Shown here in pieces: positions 1-11,041 of a DNA stretch of 64,000 nucleotides (position 1 is its first letter; every line of letters starts with the position of its first letter). This DNA comes from Paragordius varius. Taxonomy: Eukaryota; Animalia; Nematomorpha. Location: NCBI GenBank assembly GCA_964247055.1, contig OZ176052.1:14322001-14386000 (forward strand), read 5' to 3'. The translations under genes were made by a program, and so were the position numbers. Under the pieces are notes generated by a model. It did not search any database. It saw nothing but the letters and a program-made list of their open reading frames with translations, and had not been told where the DNA came from.

Positions 1-3000
1 GGGTGATGATGGAATTACCATAGGGCTACCCAAAAAAAATTATGGTGACATCACCTGATCAAATTTGGATTTTAGGTAGCCATTTTTATTTTTAATATCG
101 TATAAAATAAATTTTTTAAATATTTAATAAATTCATAAAAATTACATTTATACTCCGATCTCGACAATATTTGGGGTGATGATGGAACTACCATAGGGCT
201 ACCCAAAAAAAATTATAGTGACATCACCTGATCAAATTTGGATTTTAGGTAGCCATCGTATAAAATAAATTTTTTAAATATTTAAAAAATTCATAAAAAT
301 TACATTTATAGTCCGATCCCCAAAATATTTGGGGTGATGATGGAACAACCATAGGGCTACGCAAAAAAAATTATGGCGACATCACCTGATCAAATTTGGA
401 TTTTAGGTAGCCATTTTTATTTTTAAAATCGTATAAAATAAATTATTTAAATATTTAAAAAATTCATAAAAATTACATTTATACTCCGATCTCGACAATA
501 TTTGGGGTGATGATGGAACTACCATAGGGCTGCGCAAAAAAAATTATGGCGAGATCACCTGATTAAATTTGGATTTTAGGTAGCCATTTTTATTTTTAAA
601 ATCGTATAAAATAAATTTTTTAAATATTTAAAAAATTCAAAAAAATTACATTTATACTCCGATCTCGACAATATTTGGGGTGATGATGGAACTACCATAG
701 GGCTACCCAAAAAAAATTATGGTGACATCACCTGATCAAATTTGGATTTTAGGTAGCCATTTTTATTTTTAAAATCGTATAAAATAAATTTTTTAAATAT
801 TTAAAAAATTCATAAAAATTACATTTATACTCCGATCTCGAAAATATTTGGGGTGATGATGGAACTACCATAGGGCTACCCAAAAAAAATTATGGCGACA
901 TCACCTGATCAAATTTGGATTTTAGGTAACCATTTTTATTTTTAAAATCGTATAAAATAAATTTTTTAAATGTTTAAAAAATTCATAAAAATTACATTTA
1001 TAGTCCGATCCCCAAAATATTTGGGGTGATGATGGAATTACCATAGGGCTACCCAAAAAAAATTATGGTGACATCACCTGATCAAATTTGGATTTTAGGT
1101 AGCCATTTTTATTTTTAAAATCGTATAAAATAAATTTTTTAAATATTTAAAAAAATTCATAAAAATTACATTTATAGTCCGATCCCAAAAATATTTGGGG
1201 TGATGATGGAACTACCACAGGGCTACCCAAAAAAAATTATAGTGACATCACCTGATCAAATTTGGATTTTAGGTAGCCATTTTTATTTTTAAAATCGTAT
1301 AAAATAAATTTTTTAAATGTTTAAAAAATTCATAAATATTACATTTATAGTCCGATCCCCAAAATATTTGGGGTGATGATGGAATTACCATAGGGCTACC
1401 CAAAAAAAATTATGGTGACATCACCTGATCAAATTTGGATTTTAGGTAGCCATTTTTATTTTTAAAATCGTATAAAATAAATTTTTTAAATGTTTAAAAA
1501 ATTCATAAAAATTACATTTATAGTCCGATCCCCAAAATATTTGGGGTGATGATGGAATTACCATAGGGCTACCCAAAAAAAATTATGGTGACATCACCTG
1601 ATCAAATTTGGATTTTAGGTAGCCATTTTTATTTTTAAAATCGTATAAAATAAATTTTTTAAATATTTAAAAAATTCATAAAAATTACATTTATACTCCG
1701 ATCTCGAAAATATTTGGGGTGATGATGGAACTACCATAGGGCTACCCAAAATAAATTATAGTGACATCACCTGATCAAATTTGGATTTTAGGTAACCATT
1801 TTTATTTTTAATATCGTATAAAATAAATTTTTTAAATATTTAAAAAATTCATAAAAATTACATTTATAGTCCGATCCCCAAAATATTTGGGGTGATGATG
1901 GAACTACCATAGGGCTACCCAAAAAAAATTATAGTGACATCACCTGATCAAATTTGGATTTTAGGTAGCCATTTTTATTTTTAAAATCGTATAAAATAAA
2001 TTTTTTAAATATTTAAAAAATTCATAAAAATTACATTTATAGTCCGATCCCCAAAATATTTGGGGTGATGATGGAATTACCATAGGGCTACCCAAAAAAA
2101 ATTATGGTGACATCACCTGATCAAATTTGGATTTTAGGTAGCCATTTTTATTTTTAATATCGTATAAAATAAATTTTTTAAATATTTAATAAATTCATAA
2201 AAATTACATTTATACTCCGATCTCGACAATATTTGGGGTGATGATGGAACTACCATAGGGCTACCCAAAAAAAATTATAGTGACATCACCTGATCAAATT
2301 TGGATTTTAGGTAGTCATTTTTATTTTTAAAATCGTATAAAATAAATTTTTTAAATATTTAAAAAATTCATAAAAATTACATTTATAGTCCGATCCCCAA
2401 AATATTTGGGGTGATGATGGAACAACCATAGGGCTACGCAAAAAAAATTATGGCGACATCACCTGATCAAATTTGGATTTTAGGTAGCCATTTTTATTTT
2501 TAAAATCGTATAAAATAAATTATTTAAATATTTAAAAAATTCATAAAAATTACATTTATACTCCGATCTCGACAATATTTGGGGTGATGATGGAACTACC
2601 ATAGGGCTGCGCAAAAAAAATTATGGCGAGATCACCTGATTAAATTTGGATTTTAGGTAGCCATTTTTATTTTTAAAATCGTATAAAATAAATTTTTTAA
2701 ATATTTAAAAAATTCAAAAAAATTACATTTATACTCCGATCTCGACAATATTTGGGGTGATGATGGAACTACCATAGGGCTACCCAAAAAAAATTATGGT
2801 GACATCACCTGATCAAATTTGGATTTTAGGTAGCCATTTTTATTTTTAAAATCGTATAAAATAAATTTTTTAAATATTTAAAAAATTCATAAAAATTACA
2901 TTTATACTCCGATCTCGAAAATATTTGGGGTGATGATGGAACTACCATAGGGCTACCCAAAAAAAATTATGGCGACATCACCTGATCAAATTTGGATTTT

Positions 3001-4130
3001 AGGTAGCCATTTTTATTTTTAAAATCGTATAAAATAAATTTTTTAAATGTTTAAAAAATTCATAAAAATTACATTTATAGTCCGATCCCCAAAATATTTG
3101 GGGTGATGATGGAATTACCATAGGGCTACCCAAAAAAGGTGACATCACCTGATCAAATTTGGATTTAGGTAGCCATTTTTATTTTTAAAATCGTATAAAA
3201 TAAATTTTTTAAATATTTAAAAAATTCATAAAAATTACATTTATAGTCCGATCCCAAAAATATTTGGGGTGATGATGGAACTACCACAGGGCTACCCAAA
3301 AAAAATTATAGTGACATCACCTGATCAAATTTGGATTTTAGGTAGCCATTTTTATTTTTAAAATCGTATAAAATAAATTTTTTAAATGTTTAAAAAATTC
3401 ATAATATTACATTTATAGTCCGATCCCCAAAATATTTGGGGTGATGATGGAATTACCATAGGGCTACCCAAAAAAAATTATGGTGACATCACCTGATCAA
3501 ATTTGGATTTTAGGTAGCCATTTTTATTTTTAAAATCGTATAAAATAAATTTTTTAAATGTTTAAAAAATTCATAAAAATTACATTTATAGTCCGATCCC
3601 CAAAATATTTGGGGTGATGATGGAATTACCATAGGGCTACCCAAAAAAAATTATGGTGACATCACCTGATCAAATTTGGATTTTAGGTAGCCATTTTTAT
3701 TTTTAAAATCGTATAAAATAAATTTTTTAAATATTTAAAAAATTCATAAAAATTACATTTATACTCCGATCTCGAAAATATTTGGGGTGATGATGGAACT
3801 ACCATAGGGCTACCCAAAAAAAATTATAGTGACATCACCTGATCAAATTTGGATTTTAGGTAACCATTTTTATTTTTAATATCGTATAAAATAAATTTTT
3901 TAAATATTTAAAAAATTCATAAAAATTACATTTATAGTCCGATCCCCAAAATATTTGGGGTGATGATGGAACTACCATAGGGCTACCCAAAAAAAATTAT
4001 AGTGACATCACCTGATCAAATTTGGATTTTAGGTAGCCATTTTTATTTTTAAAATCGTATAAAATAAATTTTTTAAATATTTAAAAAATTCATAAAAATT
4101 ACATTTATACTCCGATCTCGAAAATATTTG
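1..4130. repeat. 12-monomer higher-order repeat (about 2.07 kb), two copies (1-2062, 2063-4130), with shuffled partial copies to about 7.2 kb
   Basis: Ordered rare variants recur 12 monomers apart. TTTAATAAATT is in the monomers at 1 and 2063, AATTATTTAA at 332 and 2409, GCTGCGC+GGCGAG+GATTA at 505 and 2582, GATCCCAAAAA at 1024 and 3101, and CCACAGG at 1198 and 3267. Confidence 0.9.
1999..2022. other. Perfect 24-bp AT-only palindrome AATTTTTTAAATATTTAAAAAATT (monomer positions 110-133; one example of a per-monomer element)
   Basis: The sequence equals its own reverse complement. It is present intact in most monomers. Confidence 0.95.
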
Positions 4131-7100
4131 GGGTGATGATGGAACTACCATAGGGCTACCCAAAAAAAAATTATGGCGACATCACCTGATCAAATTTGGA
4201 TTTTAGGTAGCCATTTTTATTTTTAAAATCGTATAAAATAAATTTTTTAAATGTTTAAAAAATTCATAAAAATTACATTTATAGTCCGATCCCCAAAATA
4301 TTTGGGGTGATGATGGAATTACCATAGGGCTACCCAAAAAAAATTATGGTGACATCACCTGATCAAATTTGGATTTGAGGTAGCCATTTTTATTTTTAAA
4401 ATCGTATAAAATAAATTTTTTAAATATTTAAAAAATTCATAAAAATTACATTTATAGTCCGATCCCAAAAATATTTGGGGTGATGATGGAACTACCATAG
4501 GGCTACCCAAAAAAAATTATAATGACATCACCTGATCAAATTTGGATTTTAGGTAGCCATTTTTATTTTTAAAATCGTATAAAATAAATTTTTTAAATGT
4601 TTAAAAAATTCATAAAAATTACATTTATAGTCCGATCCCCAAAATATTTGGGGTGATGATGGAATTACCATAGGGCTACCCAAAAAAAATTATGGTGACA
4701 TCACCTGATCAAATTTGGATTTTAGGTGCCATTTTTATTTTTAAAATCGTATAAAATAAATTTTTTAAATGTTTAAAAAATTCATAAAAATTACATTTAT
4801 AGTCCGATCCCCAAAATATTTGGGGTGATGATGGAACTACCATAGGGCTATTCAAAAAAAATTATAGTGACATCACCTGATCAAATTTGGATTTTAGGTA
4901 ACCATTTTTATTTTTAATATCGTATAAAATAAATTTTTTAAATATTTAAAAAATTCATAAAAATTACATTTATAGTCCGATCCCCAAAATATTTGGGGTG
5001 ATGATGGAACTACCATAGGGCTACCCAAAAAAAATTATAGTGACATCACCTGATAAAATTTGGATTTTAGGTAGCCATTTTTATTTTTAAAATCGTATAA
5101 AATAAATTTTTTAAATATTTAAAAAATTCATAAAAATTACATTTATACTCCGATCTCGACAATATTTGGGGTGATGATGGAACTACCATAGGGCTGCGCA
5201 AAAAAAATTATGGCGAGATCACCTGATTAAATTTGGATTTTAGGTAGCCATTTTTATTTTTAAAATCGTATAAAATAAATTTTTTAAATATTTAAAAAAT
5301 TCAAAAAAATTACATTTATACTCCGATCTCGACAATATTTGGGGTGATGATGGAACTACCATAGGGCTACCCAAAAAAAATTATGGTGACATCACCAGAT
5401 CAAATTTGGATTTTAGGTAGCCATTTTTATTTTTAAAATCGTATAAAATAAATTTTTTAAATATTTAAAAAATTCATAAAAATTACATTTATACTCCGAT
5501 CTCGAAAATATTTGGGGTGATGATGGAACTACCATAGGGCTACCCAAAAAAAATTATGGCGACATCACCTGATCAAATTTGGATTTTAGGTAGCCATTTT
5601 TATTTTTAAAATCGTATAAAATAAATTTTTTAAATGTTTAAAAAATTCATAAAAATTACATTTATAGTCCGATCCCCAAAATATTTGGGGTGATGATGGA
5701 ATTACCATAGGGCTACCCAAAAAAAATTATGGTGACATCACCTGATCAAATTTGGATTTTAGGTAGCCATTTTTATTTTTAAAATCGTATAAAATAAATT
5801 TTTTAAATATTTAAAAAATTCATAAAAATTACATTTATAGTCCGATCCCCAAAATATTTGGGGTGATGATGGAACAACCATAGGGCGACGCAAAAAAAAT
5901 TATGACGACATCACCTGATCAAATTTGGATTTTAGGTAGCCATTTTTATTTTTAAAATCGTATAAAATAAATTTTTTAAATATTTAAAAAATTCATAAAA
6001 ATTACATTTATACTCCGATCTCGACAATATTTGGGGTGATGATGGAACTACCATAGGGCTGCGCAAAAAAAATTATGGCGAGATCACCTGATTAAATTTG
6101 GATTTTAGGTAGCCATTTTTATTTTTAAAATCGTATAAAATAAATTTTTTAAATATTTAAAAAATTCAAAAAAATTACATTTATACTCCGATCTCGACAA
6201 TATTTGGGGTGATGATGGAATTACCATAGGGCTACCCAAAAAAAATTATGGTGACATCACCTGATCAAATTTGGATTTTAGGTAGCCATTTTTATTTTTA
6301 AAATCGTATAAAATAAATTTTTTAAATATTTAAAATAAAAATTACATTTATAGTCCGATCCCAAAAATATTTGGGGTGATGATGGAACTACCATAGGGCT
6401 ACCCAAAAAAAATTATAGTGACATCACCTGATCAAATTTGGATTTTAGGTAGCCATTTTTATTTTTAGTATCGTATAAAATAAATTTTTTAAATGTTTAA
6501 AAAATTCATAAAAATTACATTTATAGTCCGATCCCCAAAATATTTGGGGTGATGATGGAATTACCATAGGGCTACCCAAAAAAAATTATGGTGACATCAC
6601 CTGATCAAATTTGGATTTTAGGTAGCCATTTTTATTTTTAAAATCGTATAAAATAAATTTTTTAAATGTTTAAAAAATTCATAAAAATTACATTTATAGT
6701 CCGATCCCCAAAATATTTGGGGTGATGATGGAATTACCATAGGGCTACCCAAAAAAAATTATGGTGACATCACCTGATCAAATTTGGATTTTAGGTAGCC
6801 ATTTTTATTTTTAAAATCGTATAAAATAAATTTTTTAAATATTTAAAAAATTCATAAAAATTACATTTATACTCCGATCTCGAAAATATTTGGGGTGATG
6901 ATGGAACTACCATAGGGCTACCCAAAAAAAATTATAGTGACATCACCTGATCAAATTTGGATTTTAGGTAACCATTTTTATTTTTAATATCGTATAAAAT
7001 AAATTTTTTAAATATTTAAAAAATTCATAAAAATTACATTTATAGTCCGATCCCCAAAATATTTGGGGTGATGATGGAACTACCATAGGGCTACCCAAAA

Positions 7101-7411
7101 AAAATTATAGTGACATCACCTGATCAAATTTGGATTTTAGGTAGCCATTTTTATTTTTAAAATCGTATAAAATAAATTTTTTAAATATTTAAAAAATTCA
7201 TAAAAATTACATTTATAGTCCGATCCCCAAAATATTTGGGGTGATGATGGAACTACCATAGGGCTACCCAAAAAAAATTATGGTGACATCACCTGATCAA
7301 ATTTGGATTTTAGGTAGCCATTTTTATTTTTAAAATCGTATAAAATAAATTTTTTAAATATTTAAAAAATTCATAAAAATTATATTTATAGTCCGATCCC
7401 CAAAATATTTG

Positions 7412-10400
7412 GGGTGATGATGGAACAACCATAGGGCTACGCAAAAAAAATTATGGCGACATCACCTGATCAAATTTGGATTTTAGGTAGCCATTTTTAT
7501 TTTTAAAATCGTATAAAATAAATTTTTTAAATATTGAAAAAATTCAAAAAAATTACATTTATACTCCGATCTCGAAAATATTTGGGGTGATGATGGAACT
7601 ACCATAGGGCTACCCAAAAAAAATTATGGCGACATCACCTGATCAAATTTGGATTTTAGGTAGCCATTTTTATTTTTAAAATCGTATAAAATAAATTTTT
7701 TAAATGTTTAAAAAATTCATAAAAATTACATTTATAGTCCGATCCCCAAAATATTTGGGGTGATGATGGAATTACCATAGGGCTACCCACAAAAAATTAT
7801 GGTGACATCACCTGATCAAATTTGGATTATAGGTAGCCATTTTTATTTTTAAAATCGTATAAAATATATTTTTTAAATATTTAAAAAATTCATAAAAATT
7901 ACATTTATACTCCGATCTCGAAAATATTTGGGGTGATGATGGAACTACCATAGGGCTACCCAAAAAAAATTATAGTGACATCACCTGATCAAATTTGGAT
8001 TTTAGGTAACCATTTTTATTTTTAATATCGTATAAAATAAATTTTTTAAATATATTAAAAATTCATAAAAATTACATTTATAGTCCGATCCCCAAAATAT
8101 TTGGGGTGATGATGGAACTACCATAGGGCTACCCAAAAAAAATTATAGTGACATCACCTGATCAAATTTGGACTTTAGGTAGCCATTTTTATTTTTAAAA
8201 TCGTATAAAATAAATTTTTTAAATATTTAAAAAATTCATAAAAATTACATTTATAGTCCGATCCCCAAAATATTTGGGGCATGATGGAACTACCATAGGG
8301 CTACCCAAAAAAAATTATGGTGACATCACCTGATCAAATTTGGATTTTAGGTAGCCATTTTTATTTTTAAAATCGTATAAAATAAATTTTTTAAATATTT
8401 AAAAAATTCATAAAAATTACATTTATACTCCGATCTCGAAAATATTTGGGGTGATGATGGAACTACCATAGGGCTACCCAAAAAAATTATAGTGACATCA
8501 CCTGATCAAATTTGGATTTTAGGTAGCCATTTTTATTTTTAAAATCGTATAAAATAAATTTTTTAAATATTTAAAAAATTCATAAAAATTACATTTATAG
8601 TCCGATCCCCAAAATATTTGGGGTGATGATGGAACAACCATAGGGCTACGCAAAAAAAATTATGGCGACATCACCTGATCAAATTTGGATTTTAGGTAGG
8701 CATTTTTATTTTTAATATCGTATAAAATAAATTTTTTAAATATTTAAAAAATTCATAAAAATTACATTTATAGTCCGATCCCCAAAATATTTGGGGTGAT
8801 GATGGAACTACCATAGGGCTACCCAAAAAAAATTATAGTGACATCACCTGATCAAATTTGGATTTTAGGTAGCCATTTTTATTTTTAAAATCGTATAAAA
8901 TAAATTTTTTAAATATTTAAAAAATTCATAAAAATTACATTTATAGTCCGATCCCCAAAATATTTGGGGTGATGATGGAATTACCATAGGGCTACCCACA
9001 AAAAATTATGTTGACATCACCTGATCAAATTTGGATTTTAGGTAGCCATTTTTATTTTTAAAATCGTATAAAATATATTTTTTAAATATTTAAAAAATTC
9101 ATAAAAATTACATTTATACTCGGATCTCGAAAATATTTGGGGTGATGATGGAACTACCATAGGGCTACGCAAAAAAAATTATAGTGACATCACCTGATCA
9201 AATTTGGATTTTAGGTAACCATTTTTATTTTTAATATCGTATAAAATAAATTTTTTAAATATTTAAAAAATTCATAAAAATTACATTTATAGTCCGATCC
9301 CCAAAATATTTGGGGTGATGATGGAACTACCATAGGGCTACCCAAAAAAAATTATAGGGACATCACCTGATCAAATTTGGATTTTAGGTAGCCATTTTTA
9401 TTTTTAATATCGTATAAAATAAATTTTTTAAATATTTAAAAAATTCATAAAAATTATATTTATAGTCCAATCCCCAAAATATTTGGGGTGATGATGGAAC
9501 TACCATAGGGCTACCCAAAAAAAATTATAGTGACATCACCTGATCAAATTTGGATTTTAGGTAGCCATTTTTATTTTTAAAATCGTATAAAATAAATTTT
9601 TTAAATATTTAAAAAATTCATAAAAATTACATTTATAGTCCGATCCCCAAAATATTTGGGGTGATGATGGAACTACCATAGGGCTACCCAAAAAAAATTA
9701 TGGTGACATCACCTGATCAAATTTGGATTTTAGGTAGCCATTTTTATTTTTAAAATCGTATAAAATAAATTTTTTAAATATTTAAAAAATTCATAAAAAT
9801 TACATTTATAGTCCGATCCCCAAAATATTTGGGGTGATGATGGAACAACCATAGGGCTACGCAAAAAAAATTATGGCGACATCACCTGATCAAATTTGGA
9901 TTTTAGGTAGCCATTTTTATTTTTAAAATCGTATAAAATAAATTTTTTAAATATTGAAAAAATTCAAAAAAATTACATTTATACTCCGATCTCGAAAATA
10001 TTTGGGGTGATGATGGAACTACCATAGGGCTACCCAAAAAAAATTATGGCGACATCACCTGATCAAATTTGGATTTTAGGTAGCCATTTTTATTTTTAAA
10101 ATCGTATAAAATAAATTTTTTAAATGTTTAAAAAATTCATAAAAATTACATTTATAGTCCGATCCCCAAAATATTTGGGGTGATGATGGAATTACCATAG
10201 GGCTACCCACAAAAAATTATGGTGACATCACCTGATCAAATTTGGATTATAGGTAGCCATTTTTATTTTTAAAATCGTATAAAATATATTTTTTAAATAT
10301 TTAAAAAATTCATAAAAATTACATTTATACTCCGATCTCGAAAATATTTGGGGTGATGATGGAACTACCATAGGGCTACCCAAAAAAAATTATAGTGACA

Positions 10401-10868
10401 TCACCTGATCAAATTTGGATTTTAGGTAACCATTTTTATTTTTAATATCGTATAAAATAAATTTTTTAAATATTTAAAAAATTCATAAAAATTACATTTA
10501 TAGTCCGATCCCCAAAATATTTGGGGTGATGATGGAACTTCCATAGGGCTACCCAAAAAAAATTATAGTGACATCACCTGATCAAATTTGGACTTTAGGT
10601 AGCCATTTTTATTTTTAAAATCGTATAGAATAAATTTTTTAAATATTTAAAAAATTCATAAAAATTACATTTATAGTCCGATCCCCAAAATATTTGGGGT
10701 GATGATGGAACTACCATAGGGCTACCCGAAAAAATTATGGTGACATCACCTGATCAAATTTGGATTTTAGGTAGCCATTTTTATTTTTAAAATCGTATAA
10801 AATAAATTTTTTAAATATTTAAAAAATTCATAAAAATTACATTTATACTCCGATCTCGAAAATATTTG
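7412..10868. repeat. Direct duplication of a ~6-monomer block at a 14-monomer offset (7412-8448 vs 9832-10868, offset 2420 bp)
   Basis: Both copies carry, in the same order, ATATTGAAAA+TTCAAAA, GGATTATAGG (7829/10249) and GGACTTTAGG. Confidence 0.85.
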
Positions 10869-11041
10869 GGGTGATGATGGAATTACCATAGGGCTACCCA
10901 CAAAAAATTATGGTGACATCACCTGATCAAATTTGGATTTTAGGTAGCCATTTTTATTTTTAAAATCGTATAAAATAAATTTTTTAAATGTTTAAAAAAT
11001 TCATAAAAATTACATTTATAGTCCGATCCCCAAAATATTTG

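Noticed and set aside
719-772. Plus-strand 17-codon ORF MVTSPDQIWILGSHFYF
   Set aside because: It is too short, and it is lost in all TATAGTG-allele monomers.
831-842. CENP-B-box-like TTCG...CGG on the minus strand of the TCTCGAA allele
   Set aside because: The spacing is TTCG-N4-CGGA, not the TTCG-N4-A-N2-CGGG of the CENP-B box, so the match is inadequate.
1990-2035. TATA-box, -10 or polyadenylation-like motifs (TATAAAA, AATAAA)
   Set aside because: These are expected by chance in 94% AT sequence, and there is no downstream gene or transcript evidence.
1961-2083. Minus-strand 40-codon ORF in most monomers, MV(V/I)PSSPQIFWGSDYKCNFYEFFKYLKNLFYTILKIKMAT
   Set aside because: It is short and composition-driven (F/K/Y/I/L/N from A/T tracts). 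The common variants are mostly non-synonymous, the CCCTAG variant removes the ATG, and I recognise no homology.
2062-2087. G-quadruplex from GGGG/GG/GGG runs
   Set aside because: There are only two runs of at least 3 G per 173 bp on this strand, which does not meet the four-tract pattern.
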